NCBI GenBank assembly: GCA_016719565.1
Contig: JADJYU010000010.1
Span: 78,400-142,399 of the forward strand
From: Ignavibacteria bacterium
GTDB lineage: Bacteria; Bacteroidota; Ignavibacteria; Tepidaquicellales; Tepidaquicellaceae
DNA: 64,000 nucleotides
Direction: 5' to 3'
Part shown: positions 6,694-16,375 of the stretch, one piece after another
Layout of the letters: each line of letters begins with the position of its first letter
Numbering within the stretch: the first letter of the stretch is position 1
The notes under the pieces: model-generated
What the model was told of the DNA's origin: nothing
Databases searched by the model: none
What the model saw: the letters and a program-made list of their open reading frames with translations, nothing else
Program-made: the position numbers and the translations under genes

Positions 6694-8418
6694 ATGAAAA
6701 TTCTGGAAAAATTTTCAATCAGCTTTGCTGCTATTATTGCAGTAGTTTTACTCAATGTTTTTATCACCAACGAGGCATCAGCTTCTCACTTCCGTTACGG
6801 ACATCTTACCTATACAAAAAATCCGGCTAACAACAATGAAGTCGAGTTTACTCTTACAGGTGCTTTCAGAAGAAATGGTTATGGAGCTCCGGTTGTTGGA
6901 TCCATAATTACTGAAACTGTAGGAGGAACTAACTTAATCTTCGGTGACGCAACAGCAACAGGTACTTTACGTTTTAGAGTTATTTCTATTGATGTAACAA
7001 ATAACTGGCTGCTCGCAAGAGCTCTTCAGCCGGGTGATGATTCTAAAGAAACAATCACAAAAGTTTATGCCCCCGGCGGTCCTTACACAGCAGAAATTAA
7101 TTCCTGCTGCAGAACCGCTGTTGAAATAAATAATCCAAATGGAAGTTACAGAGTATCCACAATTGTAGATGTTTCAAACAGTAACGCTTCACCTGTTTCC
7201 ACTCTTCCTGTTATAGTTAATTTAGTACAGGGCGCTGCATCTTCCTTCAATGTTCCTGCAATCGATCCTGATCCGAATACAACATTAAGATGGAGATTTG
7301 CAACACTTGCAGAAATGGGAGGTGTTAGTCAAAACCCACCTTCAGCAGGCGGTTTCCCTGCAACTATAGACAACTTAACCGGTGTAGTAACATGGAATAC
7401 AACGGGCGCAGTTCTTGGCGGTTTATATTCATGTCAGGTTATTATCGAGGACAGAGACGCAATTGATCCTACAATTTTAAGAACAAGAGTAGCTGTAGAC
7501 TTCCTTATTCAAATAAGTCCGCAATGTACAAATCCAAATTTCCCAATATTTGACGCTCCTACGCCAACTTGCGGTACTGTATTTAATGAAGTTCCCGGAA
7601 CTCCAATTTCATTTTCTGTAAATGCTTCTGACATTGATCCGGGTAATATTACCTTAAATGCTATCGGATTGCCTCCGGGATCAACGATGAATCCTGTATT
7701 GCCACAAGTCGGAAATCCTGTAAGCAGTACTTTTAATTGGGTAGCTCAGCCGGGTGTTTATATCGTTTCTTTTATTGCAACAGACTCCTGCGGAGCACAA
7801 ACGATCTGTACATATTCATTTGATATCGCTCTTCCTGTTGAATTGTCATCATTCGCTTCCACAGTTATCGGAAATGATGTATCACTTCAGTGGTCAACAT
7901 CTTCAGAAACCAACAACTCCGGATTTAACATTGAAAGAGCTGCCTACATCAACGGAGAACTTTCAGACTGGAGTACAATAGGAAACGTTCAGGGTAATGG
8001 AAATTCAAGCAGTGTTAATTCATATTCTTTCACAGACAGAAGTCTGAACGCAGGTACATATACATACAGGCTGAAGCAGATAGATTTCAACGGCAATTAT
8101 GAATATCATAATCTGAATTCAGATGTAGTGATCGGCGTACCTACAAGATTTGAATTAATGCAGAACTATCCGAACCCTTTCAATCCGGCTACAAAGATCA
8201 GCTTTGAGATCCCAAAAGACGGAATTGTTAAACTGACAGTATTTGATAACAGCGGTAAAGAAGTTGCAGTTCTTTCCAATGGATATAAAACAACAGGTTA
8301 CTATTCAGTTGATTTCAACGGATCAAACCTTGCAAGCGGTGTATACTTCTACAAGCTTGAACTTACAACAAATAATGAATCAACAGTTAAGATCAGAAAA
8401 ATGGCTTTAGTAAAATAG
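6694..8418 (+). CDS. Secreted T9SS cargo protein, function unknown
   Basis: AAGGAG RBS and signal peptide (..ITNEASA). C-terminal PVELSSF..LQWSTSSETNNSGFNIER module plus T9SS CTD (QNYPNPFNPATKI...GVYFYKL...MALVK), paralogous to the end of the 1-765 gene. Confidence 0.8.
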   Translation: MKILEKFSISFAAIIAVVLLNVFITNEASASHFRYGHLTYTKNPANNNEVEFTLTGAFRRNGYGAPVVGSIITETVGGTNLIFGDATATGTLRFRVISIDVTNNWLLARALQPGDDSKETITKVYAPGGPYTAEINSCCRTAVEINNPNGSYRVSTIVDVSNSNASPVSTLPVIVNLVQGAASSFNVPAIDPDPNTTLRWRFATLAEMGGVSQNPPSAGGFPATIDNLTGVVTWNTTGAVLGGLYSCQVIIEDRDAIDPTILRTRVAVDFLIQISPQCTNPNFPIFDAPTPTCGTVFNEVPGTPISFSVNASDIDPGNITLNAIGLPPGSTMNPVLPQVGNPVSSTFNWVAQPGVYIVSFIATDSCGAQTICTYSFDIALPVELSSFASTVIGNDVSLQWSTSSETNNSGFNIERAAYINGELSDWSTIGNVQGNGNSSSVNSYSFTDRSLNAGTYTYRLKQIDFNGNYEYHNLNSDVVIGVPTRFELMQNYPNPFNPATKISFEIPKDGIVKLTVFDNSGKEVAVLSNGYKTTGYYSVDFNGSNLASGVYFYKLELTTNNESTVKIRKMALVK

Positions 8419-8440
8419 TTCTCTTTCTTAATATTCATAA

Positions 8441-8474
8441 ATCCCTGTCTGTCTTTCAGGCAGGGATTTTTTTT
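8441..8474 (+). terminator. Rho-independent terminator
   Basis: ATCCCTGTCTgtctttcAGGCAGGGAT hairpin followed by a T8 run. Confidence 0.7.
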
Positions 8475-8513
8475 AAATGTTCGTTGTTCAGATTCAAAAT
8501 TATTTTAATCCCC

Positions 8514-9860
8514 ATGAAAAAATATTACTTTCTTATTTATTTGTTATTGATCAGCAGCGGAGTATTTGCGCAGCTCCCAAATAAGAATACTTATTTAATT
8601 GCGAATATGAATATTCATCCTTCATATTCCGGGTTATGGGGATATGTTGACAGTGAAGGAAGAGAGTATGCGGTTCTCGGCTGCAGTAACGGTACATCAA
8701 TAGTTAATGTAACAGATTCTTCAAATATTTATGAAGTCGGATTTATTCCCGGTCCTGTAAGCGGCTGGAGAGAAGTTAAAGTTTATTCGCATTATGCATA
8801 TGTTGTATCCGAAGGAACAAACAGCAGACTTCAGATCATAGATCTTCAGTATCTTCCGGATTCGATTTATCTGGCAAGGACATGGTCTTACAGCGGTTAT
8901 ACTTATACACATGCTATCTCACAGTCCGGTCCGTATCTTTATCTGAGCGGCGGTAATGCAAGTCCCAACGGCGGCTTGCAGATAGTTGATGTATCTGATC
9001 CGGTGAATCCGGTCAGAAGAGGATTCAATTCCGGGCGATATGTTCATGACTGCCGAATATTAAGTGACACTGTCTGGACCTGTAATATTCTCAATCAGAG
9101 AGTCTCTATAATTAATTCAGGAAATAAAGATAACCCGGAGGAGATCAGAAATTTTTCCACTCTTCAGGGATTTCCGCACAACTGCGCCATCACCGATGAC
9201 AGAAAATATTTATTTGTAACACATGAAAATGAAGATCCCGGTGTACTTGAAATTTATAATATTGAAGACCTGGAAAACATAACTTATATAAGGAGCTGGC
9301 AGCCAACAGGTATTACTTCTTCAATTACTCACAATGTAGAGATCTACGGCAACTACGCAATTGTCGCGCATTATACTTCCGGTGTCAGAATATTAGATAT
9401 TTCGGATCCGGAAAATCCTGTTGAGACTGCATGGTATGACACAAGACCTCAGGATAATTCAACTCAGTTCGAAGGATGCTGGGCGGCGTATTTATTACCG
9501 TCAGGAAAGATTATTGCTTCTGATATTTCAAACGGATTATTTGTTATAAGAGCTACAAACCTTACTAATTTTACGAACATAAAAACTAATATACCTGAGG
9601 AATTTTCGCTGTATCAGAATTTTCCAAATCCGTTTAATCCGGAAACTTCTATTAAGTTTGACATTCCGAAATCAGGTAATGTTAAAATGGAGTTGTACGA
9701 TTCTAAAGGAGCTTTCATTTCAGAGATTCTAAATGAATTCAGAACCGCCGGTTCATATGAAATAAATTACAATGCATCAGCTCTCAGCAGCGGGATATAT
9801 TTCTGCACAATGAATTTCAGCGGGAACAGCAGATCAATTAAAATCTCTTTGATAAAGTAA
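8514..9860 (+). CDS. LVIVD-repeat / choice-of-anchor-B-like beta-propeller protein with T9SS CTD (paralog 1 of 3)
   Basis: ATG at 8514 (MKKYYFLIYLLL.. signal) is preferred over the track's TTG at 8484. Motifs WGY.D.EGREYA.LGC, YAYVVSEGTNSRLQIIDLQYLPDS, GLQIVDVSDPVNP, GVRILDISDPENP. Ends with NFPNPFNPETSI...GIYFC...ISLIK. Confidence 0.7.
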   Translation: MKKYYFLIYLLLISSGVFAQLPNKNTYLIANMNIHPSYSGLWGYVDSEGREYAVLGCSNGTSIVNVTDSSNIYEVGFIPGPVSGWREVKVYSHYAYVVSEGTNSRLQIIDLQYLPDSIYLARTWSYSGYTYTHAISQSGPYLYLSGGNASPNGGLQIVDVSDPVNPVRRGFNSGRYVHDCRILSDTVWTCNILNQRVSIINSGNKDNPEEIRNFSTLQGFPHNCAITDDRKYLFVTHENEDPGVLEIYNIEDLENITYIRSWQPTGITSSITHNVEIYGNYAIVAHYTSGVRILDISDPENPVETAWYDTRPQDNSTQFEGCWAAYLLPSGKIIASDISNGLFVIRATNLTNFTNIKTNIPEEFSLYQNFPNPFNPETSIKFDIPKSGNVKMELYDSKGAFISEILNEFRTAGSYEINYNASALSSGIYFCTMNFSGNSRSIKISLIK

Positions 9861-10040
9861 AAGAGCTTCAAAGGTAAATTCAGTTTTACAAAAATTAACC
9901 CGAATGAAATTTATTTTAAAATAATAAGCAGTTTTATTTAAGTATATAATTCTTATTTTTGAATAAGTTTTTAATTAATTTTTTCAGAGGAGGTGTATAT
10001 TTAATTTCCTACCATAATTAACTTAAGTCAACCCAATCAT

Positions 10041-13000
10041 ATGAATCTGACTAAAATTCTTCTTATACTATTAATTAACGTATTCGCTTCTGATTTTCTT
10101 TTCTCGCAGGATTACAACTGGATCACACCAAATAAAACTTATCTTAAATTATATATCGCAGATGACGGAATTCACAGGATCAATAAATCTGATTTTGAAA
10201 ATGCCGGTGTAAGTACATCAGCTATTGACCCGAGGACTTTAAGAGTTTTTAACCGCGGGAATCAGATCCCTGTATTTGTGAGAGGGGAGTCAGACGGATT
10301 CTTTAATGATTCGGATTTCGTTGATTTTTACGGGACAAGAAATTACGGCGGTCTTACTAATGCATATAATCAGGACAATCAAATTGTATATTCAACAAAT
10401 GAACGTTTTGATCTTTACTCTGATACGAATGTTTACTGGATAGACTGGGGCGGTACAAATGGTTTGAGAATGTTTAACTCTGCGTATGCCGCGCCTTCAA
10501 ATTATCTTCAGAATTTTTCAAACGAACTGCTTCATCTTGAAAAAGATAAAATTTACTGGATCGGTCAGGCTTCGAGCTCAAATGATTTCGGTAATTTTAC
10601 TAATGAAAGATATCTCGGAGAGTCATGGTACTGGAGCTTGCTTGGTAACGGGCAGTCAGTTTCTGATACTTTCTCTATCCCGCTGCTGAATAAAAATTTG
10701 CCAACGGTTTCATTAAGGGTATTCGCATATCCGCAGAGCGCAAGCTTTTCTGTAACAAACGAACATAATCTACAGATCAAAGTAAACGGAAATATCGTAG
10801 CTGATTTTGTAAGAAATGATTTCAGCAGAGTGGATACTGCTGTTACATTTTCTTCTGCATTGCTTTCTGAAACTACAGTAAACAATGTTACTGCAACGTA
10901 TACTTCATCAGGCGGATTTTCAGGAACTATGTTTCTTGATATGTTTGAATTTAAATACCCGAAAGTTTTAAAATTCAGAAATAATATATCCTTAATGGAT
11001 CTTGCCGGAGAGGATTCGACTTCTAAGAAGATTAAATTATCCGGTTTCAATCCGGGTAATCAGACGTTTATTTATGATATAAAAAATAATATCCGGATTA
11101 CTTCATTTTCAAATTCAGCTGACACACTGATATTTTCCGCAAAGCAAAATTCAAAAATAGAGATCACCAATAAAGTTATTTCAAAAAAGCCTTTTAAAAT
11201 TATTCAGAGACAGGTGCCTGATCTTGTATCATCTGCAAACGGCGCTGATTATCTGATCATTTATAATAAGATCTTTGAATCTCAGGCATTGCAGCTTCAG
11301 AATCATCGTGAGACTTATGATAATTTCAGAGTTAAGATCACGGAGATAAAAGGTATTTATGATATATTTAATTTCGGTATTGAAAGTCCGGATGCTGTCA
11401 GAAATTTTAACAGGCATATTTTTTATAACTGGCAGCAGCCAAGAGTAAAATATATCTGTCTCTTCGGGAGAGGTTCCCTTGATCCGAAAAAAAATTCAGA
11501 TGCAACTGTCTATCGTGAAAATCTGATCCCCGTAAAGGGCAATCCCTCTTCGGATAATTTTTATTCAAATGTTTTTATTAATAATTTTATTTTCTATAAT
11601 CAGATCTCTATAGGAAGACTTCCGGCTCTTAATGTTTCAGAAGCTCAGAATATGGTAAATAATATTATCACTTACGAAACACAGCCTCCGCAAAAGTGGT
11701 GGAAAGATTTTACTTTTATAGGCGGAGGGGTAAATCAGGCTGAACAGCAGCTGTTCCTTTCGCTAAATAATGACTCGCTTATCAATCCATATATACTCTC
11801 AAATCCTGTTAAGGGAAATCCGGTAAGAATACTGAGGAATGATCTTAACGGCGCTGAAACATTTAATTATTCCGACTCAATAAAAAATCAGATAAACAGG
11901 GGAACACTCACGGTAAACTTCATGGGACATGCAGGAAGTCAGGACTGGGAAATTGCTTTGAATGATCCTGAAATTTTAAGTAATCACGGAAAGTTTCCTG
12001 TGATACTCAGCATGACCTGCTATACAGGAAAAGTAGGTGAGCCAAATTTCAGATCTTTTGGTGAACGGTTTATGAATATGAATAATACCGGAGCTGTTTC
12101 TTTTTTTGCTACTTCAGGCTGGGGGTTTGTGTATTCAGGTTCATTAATTAATTCTTTATTCTATAAATCTTTTGCAAAAGATACGGTGAGAAGAGTAGGT
12201 GATATGGTATCTTATGCAATGAATTCAATTAAAAGCGATTCTCTCAGTTTTTCAATCAGACATACTGTAAACTGTTACACTCTGATGGGTGATCCGGCTC
12301 TTAAGCTGCAGCTCCCTGCTTATCCGGAGTTTACTATTTCCGAAAACGATTATAAGCTTTCAAACAAAAGTCCGTCTGTAAATGAACCAATAAACCTGAA
12401 AGTATTCCCGCAGAATTTCGGATTGAATTCAGATTCGGCAACAATGAGATTACTTGTTACAAAAGATTTTGCTAAGTATTATTTCAAAGATACTGTCCTC
12501 AGAAATTTTTCATCAAAGGATTCTATATCTTATAATTTTAAGCTGAATTCAAAAGGAAGATATGAAGCAAAAGTAATTCTGGATCTTTATAATTCTTCAC
12601 CTGATGAAAATAAAAATGATAACACTCTGATATTTGAAATTGATGTAAAAAATGTTTCATTCGTTCCTTATAAACCTGTTCATAATTCAGTAGTAAGAAA
12701 AGACAGCGTTGAATATGTCGGAATGAATCCGTTTATTAAGAAAAATGAAAAATCTATAATTCTGCTACTTCAGACAGATACATCTGCAAATTTTAATTCC
12801 CCGGTAAGTCAGCTTTTTATAAATAAAGAACCTCACGGCGCTGTTTCAAAATTCAAAACTCTTCTTCCCGTAAAAGATACTTCAAAGCTTTATTACTGGA
12901 GAACTAATTCTGTAATTAACGGTGACAGCAGCGGCTGGTCTGCAGTTCAGATGTTTAAGTATAATCCGCTTATTTCCATTTCGGATAAAACTATAGATAG

Positions 13001-14903
13001 CGCATCCGATACTTTGACAACAATTTACAAAATAAGTCCTCAGCAGTTTCAGCCGTTTGAACTTACCAATACTTCATATAATACTGAAAACAGTGCAAAC
13101 GGAATTAAGATAAGTGAATTTCCGGGAACACTTTATGTCCGTTCTCTTGGCACAAACGGAGCTGAGGCTTCTTATTTCTCTGTAATGAATAAAAGCATTC
13201 ATATGGATGCCGGCGGAAATTCAGGTATGAATCTTCTTAAGGTTAGAAAAACAGACGGTAAGATCTTGCAGTATAAAAATTTTAAAATGACCTTCCCGAC
13301 TTCTTCAGATTCAATTTTGAATTTTTTAAATACGTTTGACACTACACATTATCTTATGGGTCTCAATGCAGCTTATGTCGCAGGTACTTTCCTTTTGAAT
13401 ACAAACGTAATAAATAAATTTGCGCAGTTCGGCAGTACAAAAGTCTCTAATTTCAGGATCGGATTTTTCGACTCATGGAGCTTTATCGGATATCTTGGCG
13501 CGCAGCAGTCAGATGTTTCAGAAACTCTGAACAGATATATAAGCAGCTGGATAGAATCCGAATCTTCACAGAATAAAAAATTCAAATGGACATATGGATA
13601 TTCTGAATTCAGCATTGGTCCGGCTAATGCATGGCAAAATTTTTCATGGAATAATATTCTTCTTCCTTCAAACAAAATTTTATTTGATGTCTATGGAGTA
13701 AAACCCGACGGAAATTCCGATCTGCTGTTACAAAATATATCAACAAATTCTAATACAGATCTTTCTGCTGTAAACGCTTATCAGTATCCTGTATTGAATT
13801 TTATGGGAAAATACACAATCGATACTTTAACCGGAAGTAAGTCGCCGGTTCTTACTTCATTTAAAGTAAATTACCGTAATCCCGCCGAACTTGCAGCGGA
13901 GCTTGATGATCTGTGGAAATCGGATTCAACAGCTGTTTCCGGAAAGGAATTAAAAGTAAGATTTAAAATTTATAATGAAGGTGATATTGATCTCCCGGGA
14001 TATATTGCGAATGTTTATATGCTGAAAAATTCCGAAAGTTTATTTCTGAAATCCGATACACTTAATAATTCACTGCTGAAAAATAATTCTGTCATTCATG
14101 AATCAAAATTCATAATTCCTGTATTAAGAAATTCTTCTGATTATATTACATTTTTTGTTGAAATACTTCCGAAAGGAAATTATACTGAAGCGTTTACATT
14201 TAATAATTATGTTTACTTTGATCTTTTAAATGCACCGGCTTCTTCAATTGCCGGTATAGAAGTTTTCAGTGACGGAAAGAAAATTCAGGACGGAGATAAT
14301 GTCAGTCTGAATCCGGAGTTAAAAGTTTCTGTTAACACTGATCCGGATCTGGCTAATTCGGACGCAGTGATAAATCTCAAAGAAATTCTGATAAATGGTG
14401 TCAGTGTCAATGACAGAACAGTTGCGGAGAAGAATTCAAAGGATAATAATACTATAGTTAAAAGAGCTGAAAGAAATTTAAGCTTTTCTAATGAAATGAT
14501 ATTTCATCCGGGATTGATCAAAGGTACAAATACTTTAACAGTAATCTTCGGAGATCAGAATGGAAATTCTGATACGGCAAGTTTAACTCTGAATGTAAGT
14601 GATCTGTATTCAATCGGAGAACTTTATAATTATCCTAATCCGATGAAGACAGAAACGAATTTCATTTTTGATCTGACAGGTTTTGAAAATCCGGGTAACG
14701 GAAAAATTAAAATATACACTGTATCCGGAAAGATGATCAGAGAGATTGACATACCGTTGAATTTCGGATTTAATACAATTAGCTGGGACGGAAAGGATAA
14801 TGACGGAGATATTATTGCGAACGGAACATATCTCTACAAATTATTTATCACCGGCGCTGAGAATCTGGAATCAGAAGTGAAAAAGCTTGTAATTCTTAAA
14901 TAA
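10041..14903 (+). CDS. Peptidase C25 family cysteine protease (gingipain/PorU-like), 1620 aa, with C-terminal T9SS/FlgD-Ig-like domain
   Basis: Signal peptide. Candidate His-Cys dyad NFMGHAGSQ (His codon 11928-11930) and LSMTCYTGK (Cys codon 12018-12020), 30 residues apart as in C25 enzymes. C-terminus YNYPNPMKTETNFIF...WDGKDNDGD..ANGTYLYKL...LVILK. Confidence 0.7.
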   Translation: MNLTKILLILLINVFASDFLFSQDYNWITPNKTYLKLYIADDGIHRINKSDFENAGVSTSAIDPRTLRVFNRGNQIPVFVRGESDGFFNDSDFVDFYGTRNYGGLTNAYNQDNQIVYSTNERFDLYSDTNVYWIDWGGTNGLRMFNSAYAAPSNYLQNFSNELLHLEKDKIYWIGQASSSNDFGNFTNERYLGESWYWSLLGNGQSVSDTFSIPLLNKNLPTVSLRVFAYPQSASFSVTNEHNLQIKVNGNIVADFVRNDFSRVDTAVTFSSALLSETTVNNVTATYTSSGGFSGTMFLDMFEFKYPKVLKFRNNISLMDLAGEDSTSKKIKLSGFNPGNQTFIYDIKNNIRITSFSNSADTLIFSAKQNSKIEITNKVISKKPFKIIQRQVPDLVSSANGADYLIIYNKIFESQALQLQNHRETYDNFRVKITEIKGIYDIFNFGIESPDAVRNFNRHIFYNWQQPRVKYICLFGRGSLDPKKNSDATVYRENLIPVKGNPSSDNFYSNVFINNFIFYNQISIGRLPALNVSEAQNMVNNIITYETQPPQKWWKDFTFIGGGVNQAEQQLFLSLNNDSLINPYILSNPVKGNPVRILRNDLNGAETFNYSDSIKNQINRGTLTVNFMGHAGSQDWEIALNDPEILSNHGKFPVILSMTCYTGKVGEPNFRSFGERFMNMNNTGAVSFFATSGWGFVYSGSLINSLFYKSFAKDTVRRVGDMVSYAMNSIKSDSLSFSIRHTVNCYTLMGDPALKLQLPAYPEFTISENDYKLSNKSPSVNEPINLKVFPQNFGLNSDSATMRLLVTKDFAKYYFKDTVLRNFSSKDSISYNFKLNSKGRYEAKVILDLYNSSPDENKNDNTLIFEIDVKNVSFVPYKPVHNSVVRKDSVEYVGMNPFIKKNEKSIILLLQTDTSANFNSPVSQLFINKEPHGAVSKFKTLLPVKDTSKLYYWRTNSVINGDSSGWSAVQMFKYNPLISISDKTIDSASDTLTTIYKISPQQFQPFELTNTSYNTENSANGIKISEFPGTLYVRSLGTNGAEASYFSVMNKSIHMDAGGNSGMNLLKVRKTDGKILQYKNFKMTFPTSSDSILNFLNTFDTTHYLMGLNAAYVAGTFLLNTNVINKFAQFGSTKVSNFRIGFFDSWSFIGYLGAQQSDVSETLNRYISSWIESESSQNKKFKWTYGYSEFSIGPANAWQNFSWNNILLPSNKILFDVYGVKPDGNSDLLLQNISTNSNTDLSAVNAYQYPVLNFMGKYTIDTLTGSKSPVLTSFKVNYRNPAELAAELDDLWKSDSTAVSGKELKVRFKIYNEGDIDLPGYIANVYMLKNSESLFLKSDTLNNSLLKNNSVIHESKFIIPVLRNSSDYITFFVEILPKGNYTEAFTFNNYVYFDLLNAPASSIAGIEVFSDGKKIQDGDNVSLNPELKVSVNTDPDLANSDAVINLKEILINGVSVNDRTVAEKNSKDNNTIVKRAERNLSFSNEMIFHPGLIKGTNTLTVIFGDQNGNSDTASLTLNVSDLYSIGELYNYPNPMKTETNFIFDLTGFENPGNGKIKIYTVSGKMIREIDIPLNFGFNTISWDGKDNDGDIIANGTYLYKLFITGAENLESEVKKLVILK

Positions 14904-14905
14904 AG

Positions 14906-15361
14906 TTATTCTCTTCCGACTTTAACAATTTCATCATTTAGTCTGTCAAGGAAGTCAATAGTCCTTTCTTTCATTACGATTACATCATATTCCTGCCGGA
15001 TTATTTCTCCGGGGGGATATTGTTTCCTTTTCAATGACTTTACTGAATTAATATTCTCCTCAATTATATTCAGTAAATTTTCCTTTAGTGCTCTTGATTC
15101 ACTGTATTCTTCTATGGTTTTCATTTTTAAAATGTCTGTATACATCCTTGACAGATTTCTTTCATAAAAATCCAGATCTTCATATTTTTGAACTCCGTTA
15201 GTATAATCCTTTAGTAATGTTGCGTCAGTATTCATTCGGTAAAGAAATTCAAACTTTTCTCTCTGCAAACCCTGACTTATCTCATTACATCCTGTAATAT
15301 TCAGGATAGAGTTTATAATGAAAATCACAGCAAAAAATATTCTGTATTTAGAAGTTATCAT
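14906..15361 (-). CDS. Hypothetical lipoprotein
   Basis: 151-aa ORF with signal peptide and lipobox (SILNITGCNE). Overlaps the tsaD stop by 14 nt, so probably co-transcribed. Confidence 0.6.
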   Translation of the reverse strand: MITSKYRIFFAVIFIINSILNITGCNEISQGLQREKFEFLYRMNTDATLLKDYTNGVQKYEDLDFYERNLSRMYTDILKMKTIEEYSESRALKENLLNIIEENINSVKSLKRKQYPPGEIIRQEYDVIVMKERTIDFLDRLNDEIVKVGRE

Positions 15362-16286
15362 AATCGAGTCTTGGTTTTGCCAAATAATTTAAAGATTGTA
15401 AATTGAATTCACTTTTATCTTTTGTATGAATATACTTTAAATATCCGGTCAGTCCTATCATTGCGGCATTATCTGATGCATACTCAGATTTTGGAAAATA
15501 TACCTTGTAACCTGATGCGGTCAGTTTTTCAAATTTTTCCTGCAAGCGGCTGTTAGCTGATACACCGCCTGATACTGAACTAAGTGAATCTGTTTTTACA
15601 TTCTCAAAATTGATCTTACGGAGATAATAAAGTACTGATGTTTTAATTCCTGAAAAGGAAAAATTATATTTACTTTCTTTTACAATTGTCAGAGGAAATT
15701 TATGGTAGTTCCTGTCACCGGCTTTAGCAAGTCTGTCAATATGATGGCCACCCGGGTAACCAAGTCCGAGGAGTTTTGCTGTTTTGTCAAATGCTTCACC
15801 CGCAGCATCATCCAGAGTGTAGCCGATTATTTTATGCCGGAAAAAATCTTCTACATGTATAAGCAACGTATGACCGCCTGAAACAATAAGACCGATAAAT
15901 GGAAATTCAGGCTTTTGTCCGTTAAGAAAATTTGAATAGAGATGAGCCTGAATATGATTAACTGGTATAAAAGGAACATTCAGGGTAAAGGCAAGTGACT
16001 TTGCAAAATTCATACCGATTAAGAGCGAACCTATTAAACCAGGTTCACAGGTCGCAGCAATAACATCTATATCTTTAAGCTGCTTAGAGGATGAATCCAA
16101 AGATTTACTTACTATTGCGGAAATGTTTTTTAAATGTTCACGGGAAGCTAATTCCGGCACAACTCCTCCGAATTTGTTATGGGAGATCTGCGAGGAAATA
16201 ATATTCGATAGAACTATATCATTATCAAGGACAGAAGCAGAAGTTTCATCGCAGGATGTTTCCACAGCAAGTATATTCATCTGCAA
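15348..16286 (-). CDS. tsaD: tRNA N6-adenosine threonylcarbamoyltransferase TsaD (short variant, 312 aa)
   Basis: NILAVETSCDETSASV, GGVVPELASREH, VSGGHT, DDAAGEAFDKTAKLLGLGYPGG, FSFSGIKT, SGGVSAN, DNAAMIG. Lacks about 27 aa between FSFSG.KT and GGV.AN relative to canonical TsaD. Confidence 0.85.
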   Translation of the reverse strand: MQMNILAVETSCDETSASVLDNDIVLSNIISSQISHNKFGGVVPELASREHLKNISAIVSKSLDSSSKQLKDIDVIAATCEPGLIGSLLIGMNFAKSLAFTLNVPFIPVNHIQAHLYSNFLNGQKPEFPFIGLIVSGGHTLLIHVEDFFRHKIIGYTLDDAAGEAFDKTAKLLGLGYPGGHHIDRLAKAGDRNYHKFPLTIVKESKYNFSFSGIKTSVLYYLRKINFENVKTDSLSSVSGGVSANSRLQEKFEKLTASGYKVYFPKSEYASDNAAMIGLTGYLKYIHTKDKSEFNLQSLNYLAKPRLDYDNF

Positions 16287-16375
16287 AAATTAAACATTAT
16301 TGAGAAAATTGTGTTACCCAAATTATACAATTTCGTTTCTATTGATTTAACATTAATTAAAAACTAAATTTAACC

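Noticed and set aside
10486-13675. ORFs 10486-10689+, 10565-11050-, 11229-11417- and 13373-13675- inside the C25 peptidase gene.
   Set aside because: They are alternate-frame or antisense ORFs nested in a 4.9-kb gene with clear protease and CTD motifs. AT-rich genes commonly throw up such ORFs.
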